A stretch of 64,000 nt of DNA, taken from the NCBI RefSeq assembly GCF_009914755.1, contig NC_060930.1; one strand, written 5' to 3'. The notes beneath the pieces are model-generated. The model was not told the DNA's origin and searched no databases. It saw nothing but the letters and a program-made list of their open reading frames with translations. Positions 1 through 12,900 of this stretch are shown here, piece by piece (within the stretch, counting starts at the first letter, position 1; every line of letters begins with the position of its first letter). Source of the stretch: the human T2T-CHM13v2.0 reference genome, Homo sapiens. The position numbers and the translations under genes are program-made.

Positions 1-345
1 GGGCCTTTGCACCAGCTCCTTCTTCTGCCTGGACACTCTCGCCCTGGTTCTGCGCATGGCTCCTTTCTCCTTTTTGTTTGGATTGCTGCTCAAATTGTGC
101 CTCCACATGGAGGCTTTCTAAGTGATCCAGACCTACAGGCTCAGGCACACTCTATCCCCTCACTCTGTTTTCTTCTTCATAATATTTACAACCATCTGAA
201 ATATGTAATGTTTACATAGCCGTTTGCTTAATACCTGTAAGATTCCACCAACTAGAGAGGCAGCATGTGAGAACAGGGGCTCTGTCTCACTCCGTGTCAG
301 CTGCCTCTTGCCCAGAGGGTGCTCAGTAAGCATTTCTGATGATTA
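1..345 (+). mobile_element. L2 LINE 3' fragment (ancient)
   Basis: Degenerate L2 3'-end motifs (tgtgagaacaggggctctgtct...gtgctcagtaagcatttctgatga); boundaries approximate. Confidence 0.55.
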
Positions 346-1600
346 TGTGACGTTAGAAGCCATCACTTACATACAAATTTTCTCATTCCTTGTTCAACAT
401 TTACACATATTTATTTTTTCACAAAGGATTTGAAACAGCTTTAGGCAAAAACAAATACAATGAAAGTCAAAAATAGAAAACCTAGCACCAAGGAAAAAAA
501 TACAGGAGAAAAGAAAAACCCAAAGCAAGGTGGCCAGTTACAACATTATCATGAGAAAGTAGGAAAGCACAGAGTATACTGTGCTTTAACAGAATAAGAC
601 TTTTCCTAAGATAAAATTCTAAGTGAAGGTCACACAGTACAGGGCAATGTCCTCAGCAGTATTTGTAAAGCAAATGCAGTGGGCCTTTTCAAATGGCTGT
701 TTCTTTGATCATGGCCAAGGGCCCAAAAGAAAATGCAGTATAATGAAGGGGGATCATTAAGGGGCTGAGTTCATACGCTCCAAGAATAGAGTGCTCTGGT
801 ATCCTTACTTGAACCAAGAAATGACTTCCATTCTAGAAGGTTTACCTAATAACATAACCAGCATTTTTTATTGCTAAGAATTAAAGGGAGTTTCATAATT
901 CAATGAAAATAAAGCATTAAAGAAATGCTAGTGTAAATATGTGTCCACTCATATTGCTCTAGCTAGAAACCCTCAATCTGCCACAGGCCTGCCACAGCCC
1001 TGGAGGAGCGCTCCTTATGCTCCTTCTGTGAATGTTCTCCCATATGTTTCCTACTCCCTTAGAAAAATAGGTATTATTATTATTAAAAGCATTAAGAGAT
1101 ATTAAGAATTGCAATGTGCTTTATATTATGTAGTTTATCTTCTAAAAAATTAAAATGCAAAATTGTCATCATGATGGATCTTCTGTCACATATAGATTGT
1201 GAAGTTCAGGAGTTGGTATTGAGCAGAACCTGCTTCTAACAATATTGAGCATTCCTTTGACCACAGTTTGATGAGGTCCCAGGAGCACGCTCTATTTTTA
1301 AAAGCGTTACTTAAAAAGCACTCCTGGAAAGTCTTCAGTGAGCCTCAGGTCAAAGCTGCAGTCATTTCTATTAGGACCCCCCTCCATAACAAACAATCTT
1401 TAACAGACACCAAGAAGCCTGCTGTTAACACAACCTCCTACTTCACCGTCTACCTGCCACTGTCCCATCTCATCAGTAAACAAGCAGCTATTTGTCTCTT
1501 TCCGTTAAAAGCACCTACCCCCAACTTCAATCAGATTAAGAAAAATTCTTTTCTACTTTTTCCCTGTGAAGTTGGTTTTTATTCTATGTATTAAAACCAG

Positions 1601-1704
1601 GGTCCTTTGAAAGATACACTTCTGTAACATTGGCACGGTAGAGACACAACTGCATGTTGACGAAGTATATAACCTCTCCTTCCAGCAACACCACAGACTT
1701 CCAG
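1601..1704 (+). ncRNA. Candidate non-coding exon (104 bp)
   Basis: T-rich tract then ...aaaaccag| acceptor and ccag|gtaaag donor; stop codons in all 3 frames. Confidence 0.25.
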
Positions 1705-2460
1705 GTAAAGCCAAAGACTCGTTTTCCTATGCTGCAAAGCCATCTCCAAGAAAATGCTACCTCCATGCCCCACTGAATGGCAACAAGGGTCATCAATATT
1801 TTGCAAAGGGCAAATAGAGAATGGCAAGAAAGAGACACACAGTGCCAGGCGGAGAGGTTGTTGAATGTTGCATGGGTGGGGTGAGGAGCCTGTCACAATC
1901 ATGTGCCCCGCAAGAAAGATTCCCTTCTTTGTTTCATTCAGCTGTCGCTGAGAATCAAAGAATGCATTAGTAATTGCTATTGTTTGTAGCATTTCTTGTG
2001 GTTCATAGCCAGATGACCATCCTTTACTGAAAAGCTTATTGTGTGGGGATTGCTCAGCACCCTTTCAAGATATCTAGTGTTGGTTTGCGGGGCAAGAGGG
2101 GAGTGCATATTTTATGCAAAAAAAAAAAAAAAAAGATTTTGTGCTACCACATTCCTCAATTATTCTAATATTTTCCCCAATAGAAATATTTCCTCATAAT
2201 GCAAACACACTATTCCGAGAAGCAGAATACTTTTCTGGATCTAAGTTGTCTGATGGTTTCTCTGGGTGATGTGCTGCATGGCAATTGCTTTCCCATGAAG
2301 CCACAGAATTCCCAATTTCCAACAGGAGCCCAAATCTAATCCAAAACTCTATTTCACATCTGACAACTATTAGGTTTTCTGATAGCCTTGAGTAAGCAAT
2401 GACATGTGCTTCTTTCTAGAAAAAGGGCATGACCCTCTGTCCACTTAAGACGAAGCTGAG

Positions 2461-2722
2461 GGAGGCCAAGGCGGCCAGATCACGAGGTCAGGAGATCGGG
2501 ACCATCCTGGCTAACATGGTGAAACCCCGTTTCTACTAAAAAAAATACAAACAATTAGCTGGGCATGGTGGCAGGCGTCTGTTGGGACACTACTCGGGAG
2601 GCTGAGGCAGGAGAATGGCGTGAACCCGGGAGGCAGAACTTGGAGTGAGCCGAGATCACGCCACTGCACTCCAGCCTGGGCAAGAGAGCGAGACTCTGTC
2701 TCAAAAAAAAAAAAAAAAAAAA
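2461..2722 (+). mobile_element. 5'-truncated AluY
   Basis: AluY diagnostics (gatcacgaggtcaggagatc, gagaatggcgtgaacccggg); poly-A; TSD aagacgaagctgag 2447-2460 / aagacaaagctgag 2721-2734. Confidence 0.93.
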
Positions 2723-4159
2723 GACAAAGCTGAGAATCTGGTTTGTTCTTAATGAAACCAATAGAAAGTCGGTCACTTAAGTTTTCAATTTATAGTGCTT
2801 TCTTAGCCATAACAGAATGAGAAACATGTTTTGATCATGTCTAGTGGCCTGTACGCTGAAACAAGGATGCACGCAAAGTCTCTGGGTCAATATTATGTTG
2901 CCTGTAGAGTGGAGGTTGCCCTCAAACTCAAATTTCTCACTGCATTCCAACATTATGGAAATGGCATGGCTAATCATTTCAAAAGATCTGAAAATACTAA
3001 TACATTTTCAAACATAGAAATTGTCCATTTAAAAAAAAACATGCCCATTATCCAGCCTTTCAATATGATTAAATTCATTTGTTACATTTATTTGATTTGT
3101 TTGGGGCCAAAATAGCCGGCTGGCAAGTGCATATCACCAGTACAAACCTTAAGTTATGAATATGACTGAAAGGTCCCAAGTTAATTCTAGTTAAGGGCAT
3201 GAGCCTTTCAGAAGGGGGATCCTGATGGGCCGGAAGTGGAGCCAACTCTCTCGCCTCCTGTGCCTGCTTACATTCCTGGTTTGGAGCAAGTTATTAGATT
3301 CCATGGGACCTAGTGGTCTCCGGGTGCTGTGGAGATTGTGTCGGATGCCAGGCCACGAAGACTTAGCAACCAGCGAAGTTTCTGTGGTTTCCTGGCAGCA
3401 GAAGTTGACTGTGAAGTGTGAGTTTGCTTGGATGACAGGGCACCCGGCTCCGTGGTGACCGGCTTCTGGGTTGGCTTCTCAGTGCAAACTGAAGTTTGAG
3501 TCAGAAAAGGCTGTTGTTTAAATTGGAGTGTCTTTTATGCCAAACCAACATGGATGCTCCTTTGTTCTCAAAAGGGAAGTGACGCCAGCTGGCCAGTCTG
3601 AGGCTAAGTATTTGCACAAAGGCTGACCAGATGACACACACTCCTTGCCCATTGTGGTTCCCACCGCAGGGAATGTCCATGGCAAACTCTCTGGAATGAT
3701 CCTCTAGGACTGCCACTCTTGTGAATAGTTGGTGGCATTCTTCCAAGTGGTCATAAGGTGATAGACACATTTTTCTGATCATCACATTGTCCATTGCAGG
3801 AAACAACAGTTGCACCATTTTTGTAAATGGTAGCTAATGAAGCAACACAAAGTTCTGATAAAATAAGAACAGAGGTAACAAAGCAACAGACTGCCCTCTT
3901 AATGGCGCCACCAAAATGTGCTGTAAGATTGAATTTGCACCATAACCATTGAAAAATAGGAAGTACAAAACCAGAGATATTTTTCCTTCCCGCTGATTGC
4001 CTGGTCATGAGACAGACTGGAACAGTGCTTGGCTATAAATTTGTTAGCAGCTGAAATGCTCGGGGGCCCCATGCACCGGAGTTCTGCTCCTCCACACTGC
4101 TTCTGCAGAATTAGGAGAAAGCATTGCATTTTACTATCTTTTAAAATTATGAATATTGG

Positions 4160-4980
4160 AAACTTTGCTGAATTCTTTTATCAGTTCTAGGAGCTTTCTG
4201 GAGGAGTCTGTAGGTTTTTCAAGGTAAACGATCATATCGTCAGCAAACAGTGACAGTTTGACTTCCTCTTTACCAATTTGGATGCCCTTTATTTCTTTAA
4301 GAACTAGAAGTAGAACTACCATTTGATCCAGCAATCCCACTACTGGGTATCTACCCAGAGGGAAAAAAGTCACTATTAGAAAAAGATACTTGCACAAGCA
4401 TGTTTATAGCAGCACAATTCACAATTTATGTTTATGTTTATAGCACAATTTATATTTATTTTATAGCACAATTTATATTTATGTTTATAGCAGCACAATT
4501 CACAATTGCAAAATTGTGGAACCAACCCAAATGCCCATCAATCAATGAGTGGATAAAGAAATTGTTGTATATATATATATATATATATATATACACTATG
4601 GAATATTACTCAGCCATAAAAAGGAATGAATTAACACCATTTGCAGTGACCTGGATGAGACTGGAGACTAATATTCTAAGTAAAGTAACTCAGGAATGGA
4701 AAACCAAGCATCATATGTTCTCACTGATACATGGGAGCTAAGCTATGAGAATGCAAAGGCATAAGAATGATACAGTGGACTCTGGGAGCTTAGGGGGAAG
4801 AGTGGGAGGGGTCAGGGATAAGAGAATACATGTTGGGTGCAGTGTATACTGCTCGGGTGATGTGTGCATCAGATTCTCACAAATCACCACTAAAGAACGT
4901 ACTCATGTAACCAAATACCACCTGTACCCCATAACTTATTGAAAAATAAAATATTAATAATAAAATTTAAATAAATAAAT
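4160..4980 (+). mobile_element. L1 (L1PB/L1MA-age) with 5' inversion: antisense RT-domain piece ~4160-4298, then sense 3' end to the A-rich tail
   Basis: Minus-strand ORF2 peptide [25 protein letters not shown]; plus-strand C-terminal ORF2/3'UTR (WNQPKCPSINEWIKK); TSD taaaattatgaatattggaaa 4142-4162 / taaaattgtgcatattggaaa 4980-5000. Confidence 0.9.
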
Positions 4981-5096
4981 AAAATTGTGCATATTGGAAA
5001 AGAACTGGGATCATGCAGCCTTTATTGGGAACTTCTGAAACCTTATCTCTGCACTTTGGAGGTCGTTGCACATTCGATAGTGATGGAGAACACGTC

Positions 5097-5117
5097 GGGG
5101 ACTTCCCGGAATGCAAT
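5097..5117. promoter_or_regulatory. Overlapping NF-kB / STAT (GAS) / TEAD / C/EBP-half-site motif cluster
   Basis: ggGGACTTCCCGGAATGCAAT: GGGACTTCCC 5098-5107, TTCCCGGAA 5103-5111, GGAATG 5108-5113; motif match only. Confidence 0.35.
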
Positions 5118-5529
5118 GATTATGTATTTTAGTGGATCTTAAACTGGTTTCCCAATATTCAATCATAATCTTTGGCAGCCTGAGTGGCAGAAACATTTGC
5201 TTTCTATGGGGTCCTGATTTTTAGCTAATATTTTGGGAACACTCTTAGTGTGTATTAATCGTCCTCTTCTTTGGCCATAGCTCATGAGGTCAACAGTATA
5301 AGGGATGAGAGTGAAGATCCCTGTTACTCATCCATTCTGTATTGCGCTGCTCGGACCTCCACAGGAGAAGTTAGGGCACGAAATCCAAGTGGCAGCTCAT
5401 TATTGGCATGCAATGTAAAATACAAATTCCAGGATGCTCAGACTTCCAGGACATCTGAGATATAGCCTTTGGAAAATAAGAAATGGGCTTGCGATCATAG
5501 TTAGTTATTACTACTGGGGGCCGTGGGGC

Positions 5530-5730
5530 CTGATTTGGGGTCTTTATCATCTACTAGCTGAGCGACCTTGGGTAAATTGCTTAACCTTTCCATGGTTCTT
5601 CAAATGGAATAATAATAATATCAACTCTGACTGTTACATGGTTCGATGTAATGGATGAAGGTTGAAGGAGACAAGGCACCTGTATACCTGGTCTAAGCCA
5701 CAGCTAAGCACGGTGTCTCTGCACAGTAAA
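5530..5730 (+). mobile_element. MIR SINE
   Basis: MIR core: ctagctgagcgaccttgggtaaattgcttaacct...aaatggaataataata. Confidence 0.7.
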
Positions 5731-5929
5731 TCCTCCCGAGCTGTCTGGTGATCAGTGTTGCCTTTTGTGTTGCTTATCCACACCGCAAAACGCTCCCACG
5801 TGCGTTTCCTGCCTGCCTCACAATTACCCCACAAGACGGGTGCACTGCATCTCACAGAGGAGGAAGCAGAGCCAAGAGACAGGCCTGGTGCACGTGAGGG
5901 CCGCAGCCCCTGCTGCTGTGAGCACGCCC

Positions 5930-6260
5930 TCTGCACCCACTGAATATTCCCCAAGCATCGCTGACGCTCGGCCAGGCGCCGGCCTTCGTTCCTAGGCTGT
6001 CATCTCTGGACAAGGCAGACGCAGGCCCTGCCTTCGTGGAGTTTAGATGAGCAGCAGGGGGGCGACATCATCGGGGAAACAAATCACTGCACGGGTGATT
6101 CTGGGATGGTAACTGCTAGGAAGAGAATCCAGTCCAGGCAGGGGCCGGAGAGGGCTGGGTCCCGTGGCTCTGACTGAGGAGGTGACGCTTGAGGTAGGCG
6201 CTGATGAGAGCCCCGCTGTGAAGGCCAGAGGGGCAGTGCTGCAGGCGGGGCTCACCGTGC
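5930..6260 (-). mobile_element. L2 fragment
   Basis: Degenerate antisense L2 motifs (ccctgccttcgtggagttta, ctgaggaggtgacgcttgag). Confidence 0.5.
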
Positions 6261-6509
6261 AGAGTCCGTGACTGTCATCTTTCCACTCCTAAGTTTTGGC
6301 TTAGGGATTGTGAACTAGATGCTCCAGCTTTCAATTTGTCAACTGGTTTATCTCCTAACGGACACCTCACCAGTGTTTTCCTCACACATTCACAAAGACG
6401 CTTTTAACCTGTTGGCAAGAAGCAGATTTAATTGGAAAAGGGTCTGATTCCTAACAGAACAAAAGACAAAGTATATTACATGTAGTGACTACGTTATACT
6501 CTTGTGCAG

Positions 6510-6545
6510 TCGCTTACAACTTCAGGCTGGGTCACCAAGGAGATG
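6510..6545 (+). ncRNA. Candidate small exon (36 bp)
   Basis: atactcttgtgcag| acceptor and gatg|gtgagt consensus donor. Confidence 0.25.
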
Positions 6546-6651
6546 GTGAGTGAGCTTTGAAACTAAAAGTAAGCAAATTCTGACTAAGAATCATGTCCAG
6601 TGACTGAGTATGTGTGTGTGTTTCTTCTCCATTGCTGCTTTGACCTATTCA

Positions 6652-7011
<360 letters not shown>

Positions 7012-9301
7012 AAAGAAATCAGAAAATGTAAAAAAATAGATGAGCTCTTGTGATATTTCTAAGAAATATAATTCTATTAATAAAATCGAATTGGTTGGAA
7101 TCCAAAGGCATTTTAAAGTTTCAGAACAAATTAAACTTTTTAAAGTTTCAGGACACATGTCTAAATGTCTGTCTATCTAAAATTTATTTTAGGGGTAGGA
7201 GGGAAATTGGAGATTGTCTATCTAAACCTTCTTATTTTACAGGAGAGGAGACTGAGGCCCAAAGAATTTAGCCATGTTGTATAAGCTTACTCAGCCAGGT
7301 GGTGGTCAAATCTACCCTAGAAAGAATGTTCCCCATCACCTGGCCCAAAAACTGCACTGTCAGTTTTATAAATAGAATGCACGTTATCAGGACCAGAGTA
7401 ATATTAGAAGAGATTAAGCCACACAAAACTATCTTCCCTCACCAGGTGCCTCCTTGAGCCTGAAATTCCACTCTTGGATAATCATTCTTGGGGCACACAT
7501 TTCCGAGTTGGCCTGCTCCTCCAAAGGACGTGCTCCCGGCCCTGCAGTCACTGAGTGCCACTGGAGCAGGGCTCCCAGCTCTGAGAGGGAGGGGCTTAGT
7601 GTTCCTGGAGACCCCTGACGGGGAGCCAGGGTGGACGGCTGCAGTGGCACCCCAAGCTCACTGGAAGCCTTGGGGACAAGGGAGGATCCAGGAGAAAGGG
7701 ACGGGTGTAGAGCACAGGGCAGAAGCGGAGGGCCAGCCACTTCTCCTGCTACCACCAGGGCCAGCCCTGCCTCTGCATCTTGGGCATCGGGACAGCAGCA
7801 ATTTCAACATAGCCCTGAGCCAACTTAAAATGCAACAGCACTTTAAAAAAAATCTCATTCATCATGTAATATGTCTGATCTTAAAACTGACATCTGATTT
7901 TTTAAGGCAGCTGCTCTGGAAGAAATTTTCTGTGGATCGCAAGAGTCTGAAGCCCCATGAATGACCAAAAATATGCGCCTGAAAGAGAAATGCGCTGATG
8001 AAGGGGGAGGAGGATGGGAGGGGAGACTCTGAAATTGTTTCTCACTTTAGGGAAGAGGCACAACAATAAAAAACATGAGGCCCCATTGAAGTAGGACTTT
8101 AAATTCCACCCGAAAACAATCCCAACAAACAGATCCATTGTTATATGTTTTGCTACAAGTAATAGACAAAGCAATTGTGAACCAGGACCTGAGCCCTCCC
8201 GTCAGCACATAGTCTGGGTTCTTCAGCTCGCGAGTGGGCTCAGATGGCCTCAGAAATGTAGTTTGCTCTCCCCTTTAAGGTCACTGTCCAGGACGAGGTG
8301 AGGTAAACAAGGGTTCCAAGTAAGCCATGTGTTACCCATAATTGATCAAGGGAAGATAACAGCCATGAGGCTGTCCTGGACCCCTGCCCGTGCAGCAGGG
8401 CAGAACCATTGCCACTCTGCCCAGAAGGTGCCCCCTCCTCACTCCCTTCTCTCGTCCACCCCATAGGCCAGCAGGATTTGAAGGAAGGAAAACAGTTACA
8501 GCTGCACCACTGGGCTTGGCCTGCACTGTGCTGATGTTTTTAAAGCGTGGGCTGTAACAGAAGAGATGATCTTCAGCCTCACTCTTTTCCTGGTGCCTCC
8601 TCAGTATCTTAACACCTTCTTTTTCTAATCAACTATTTAATTACACAAGCCACGGGCTTTCTACGTCAGGTTCTCCCTTACACGTGAAACCGAGGCTCAC
8701 GCAGCACATGAGAAACAACGTGTTGCCCTGAGAGGTTAGCAAGTTAACCTGGACTTAGACCCATCATCAACCAAAGAACAAGAAAGACCCAATGTCCATG
8801 GCAACATCCAGCTAGAATAGCACCTCTCCCTAAAACTGGATTTTGCCCGGCTGCAGAGTTCTGTGCTGTCTACATAGAATTGTTGGTGTCACCTGGGAGG
8901 CTCAGGAAAGGAGAGCCCGAATAAAGAGGAAGAAGAAACTGCAATTTAGGTCCCCAAGCCCAGGACCAGCCTGAGAGACCAACCTGGCCAGGCTTGGTGT
9001 CAAAGGGTACTGCAAGGATTTCCAGGCAGGCAGGCAGGTGACCTGAATCCAGGTACCTTCAATGTCCAGGAGGTGACTGACGGGCAGCAGCCACTCAGGT
9101 GTTTGCATAGAGGCAACTGGACACCATCCTGCAGGCCAAGAGGAGGTCTGTGCATGGGGCAAGAATACAGGCTCTGTCTGAGGGTCAAGCAGGATGGCAG
9201 GTTGTCAGGCACAGTCAGCAGGTGGGCAGCCAGGGAGAAAGAGACCTGGGCCTTGGGGGCGACCCACCCAATCACCTGGGAACAACAACAGGTCCTGATT
9301 C

Positions 9302-9622
9302 TTTTTCTTCTTCTTGTTCTTTTTTTTTTGAAACAGAGTTTGAGACAGAGCCTTGCTCTGTCACCCAGGCTGGAGTGCAATGGCATGATCTCAGCTCACT
9401 GTAACCTCTGCCTCCCGGGTTCAAGCAACTCTCGTGCCTTAGCCTCCCAAGTAGTGGGACTACAGGCCTGAGCCACCACACCCAGCTAATTTTTGTATTT
9501 TTAGTAGAGATGGGGTTTTACCATGTTGTCCAGGTTGGTCTCAAACTCCTGGCCTCAAGTGATCCACCTGCCTCGGCCTCCCAAAGTGCTGGGTTTACAG
9601 GTGTGAGCCACCATGTCCAGCC
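9302..9622 (-). mobile_element. AluS (Sx/Sz-like)
   Basis: Antisense dimer; TSD cctgattctt on both flanks. Confidence 0.93.
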
Positions 9623-9964
9623 CCTGATTCTTACTGGAAGCAAGGGGGCACAAATGGTACAAAATTTTTAAACAGCAGAATATATCACTATTAGCTTTAT
9701 AACTTCCCCAACTGCTTTCACTCTTTGAAAGTTATTATCCTTCCAGAGGCTCATGTACTATTCTACGTTCTGCTAATTTTTCTATGAATTTTTAAACATA
9801 TTTGACTTTAATTTTCTTTTAGTTCACAGGATAGGATGTGTATCTGAAATTAATTTTTCTCTAATGTGCTATATCTCAAAATCAGCTATTAATCCTCCCC
9901 CACTGCTTTGTACTGCCTGTTTTACTGTATATTCCATTCTGACTCAAAATTCAGTCTATTTGCA

Positions 9965-11100
9965 TTAGTTTAACAAACACATGCTGAGTCCCACCACGTG
10001 CGGGGCACTATTCTGGGTGCTGAAGATGCAACAGTGAACAGCTTGGCTGTCACATCTGTACTTACAGAGGATTCTCGTTGGAGGAGACAAGATAAACAAG
10101 GAAATAAACTATCATCTATCACATGGTGATCAATTTCATGAAGGAAAATAAAACAAAGAAGGGGAATAGAAAATTCCAGCCAGGTGGTGAGGTGCAACCT
10201 AAAGCCAGGTGGTTAGGGAAGGCCTTACCAAGAAGGGGACATTGACAAAGACCCCCAGGGATGATGGATCCGTGAGGAAAACGTTCCAGCCCACAGAAAG
10301 CACATGCAAAGGCCCCAAGAAGGGACACGTCGGTGCCTTGAAGGAGGCCAGTGCCCGAGTGAAGGCGAGAGTGGTAGGAGGTGACAGGGAAGGTGGCCGG
10401 CAGTTCATGTAGAGACTTCACTGTGAGGACACTGACGGTGACCCTGAGTGAGACGGGAGGTCCATGTCCTGGGGATGCTGTAACTAATGACCGCAACTTG
10501 GTGGCTTAAAGAAACAGACACTTATCCTCTCACAGTTGCAGAGGCCAAAAGTCCGAAATCAAGGTGTTGGCCATGTCGTTTCCTTCGAGAGGCTCTGAGG
10601 GAGACTAAAGGCAGGGGGAACCCTGGATCCTGGCAGTTGCAAGCGACCTTTGGTGTTCCTTGGCTCGTAGACACATCACTCCAATCTCTGCCGCCATCTT
10701 CACGTGGTCTTTTCTTGTCTGTGTCTCGGCGTCTCTGCCTATCTGTCTCTTATAAGGACACAAGTCATTGGATTTAGAGCCCATTCTAACTAAATCTAGG
10801 ATGTTCTTATACCGAGATCCTTAATAACATCTGCAAAAACCCTATTTCTAAATAAGGGCACACTCACAGGTATGCAGGTTAGCAGTGGGGCGCATCTTTT
10901 GGGGAGACACAACTCAACCCCGTACATGTTGAGTTGAGAAGGTCTTTGAACACAACAGGGCAATGATCTGTGTTAAAGGGGTCATTCTGGGGGCTGTATG
11001 GATAGGGGTAAGGGGGTTCAGGCAGCAGCAGAGAGCCCAGTTAGGAAAGACTATACCAGTTATCCAGGTGAGAGGCGCAGTTGGTTGAACAAGTCAGTGG
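9965..11100 (-). mobile_element. L2 fragment interrupted by an MLT1 LTR
   Basis: caaacacatgctgagtcccaccacgtgcggggcactattctgggtgctgaagatgcaacagtgaaca is a typical antisense L2 3' end; L2-like sequence resumes after ~10930. Confidence 0.7.
10465..10925 (-). mobile_element. MLT1 (ERVL-MaLR) solo LTR
   Basis: gctgtaactaatgaccgc...ggtggcttaaa...ctcacagtt...aagtccgaaatcaaggtg...tcttataaggacacaagtcattggatttag. Confidence 0.85.
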
Positions 11101-11149
11101 TGGTATAAGAAATAGTTCCATGAGACTAATTACGTAAGACACAGAAGGA

Positions 11150-12150
11150 GCCGTTATTCAGAAGGTGGATTCTGATCCCTTAGTCAGTTCCACTCATTTA
11201 AATTGTTATTTTTTTACAACTATCAAACTACGTTCATTGCTGTTTCTCTATGTTTTCAAATATCTCATAGAGTTAATCCTCTTCTTCCTTTTCTTAGTTG
11301 GATTATATAAATCTATTAATTTGCTTGAGACAATATTTTCCTTCTCCTTCAGGAATACTGTATATATGTAAGTGTATGAACAGATAGATTGATTGATGTC
11401 AACTTATTCAAGTCTTTTATTATCTTTTAAATATTTTTTAACTTCTTTATAGCTAGGACACATGCCTCAATAGATTTATTGCCAAGGGTCTCTTGTGGAA
11501 AAGGGGTTGATATTGTGGACAGGATTTATATTTTTATTACAACAACTGGTGCCAACTAATAATTAACAAGGCTATTAATTTTGGTATGCTTATTTTAGAT
11601 CTAGTACTTTATTGAATCATTTTATTAAATATTATTATTTCCGCTGATTCCTCTGCACATTCTGGTTTTCCATTATATTAAGCACAAATAATTATCTTTT
11701 CTCTCTTCCCATTATTATACCTCTTTATTTTTTTATGTCTCATTGCATTAACTAGAGTTTTCAGAACACTATTAAGGAATCATTCTTGTTTCCATTTTTA
11801 AACAGAATTTACTTCATCTATCCATTAAGCACAATATGGGCTCTTATTTTCCACAACTTTTTATCATGGTAGAAAAAGTAGAATCTATTCCTAATATTTT
11901 AATATTTTTGGAACCTTATTAAGTGTTATCAGTTGTCTTTTAGACATGTCATTTATTTTAATTTAACCCATTAACATTGTATACCTTTTTAGTGTATGCT
12001 GTCATGTTGGATTTCTTGCATTGTGGAATATACCTTCCAGCAGACTCCTTTAGATGGGCTTAAAGCAAGATTTCAGGGTGTTAATTTTTGCATTTCTTTG
12101 CTTATTTTTATGATTAGGGATCTGCTTGATTTGGGTGACATCCTCATTAA
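11150..12150 (-). mobile_element. Old L1M fragment
   Basis: T-rich degenerate antisense ORF2-like sequence (ctcattgcattaactagagttttcagaacactatt). Confidence 0.55.
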
Positions 12151-12162
12151 AATCAATATTCT

Positions 12163-12458
<296 letters not shown>

Positions 12459-12744
12459 TCAATAGTCTCATATTATAATGTTCGTAAGAACTATGACACC
12501 TTGGGAGAGGGTCTTGGAGAACTGGCTACCAACAATTTTTATTAACACTTCTGGCAAAAGCACTAGCTTTCGGTATCAACATCATTATGATAAAAATGTG
12601 TTCATGAAATGCCTCTAATAATCACTAATGCTTTGGTGTGGTTCCAAATAGTTCTTGTCCCCGAGGAACTAACAACACAAAGTTGTAGATTGTGTCAGAT
12701 TTTGCAGTTCATAAATCGTCTCCACATCAATGGTCATGGGGCAG

Positions 12745-12900
12745 CATTATTAGACCCATTTTTACAAATGAGGAATCTGATACCTGACAAGAATAGGAAT
12801 TTACATAAGGTCATTAAGCAACCAAGACAGGCACAGACAGAACTTGAACTCAGGAGTCCTGATCCCAACCCCGTGCTCCTTTCAACGTGCCACACTGACT
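12745..12900 (-). mobile_element. MIR SINE
   Basis: cccatttttacaaatgaggaatctga...aaggtca...gaacttgaactcagg. Confidence 0.65.

Noticed and set aside
4134-4397. ORF with the reverse-transcriptase FADD motif
   Set aside because: Chimeric read across the inversion junction of a dead L1 fragment, not a functional RT gene.
6048-6066. CTCF-like word gcagcaggggggcgac (also ~38065, ~58730)
   Set aside because: Imperfect match or spacing; cannot be supported without PWM scoring or ChIP data.
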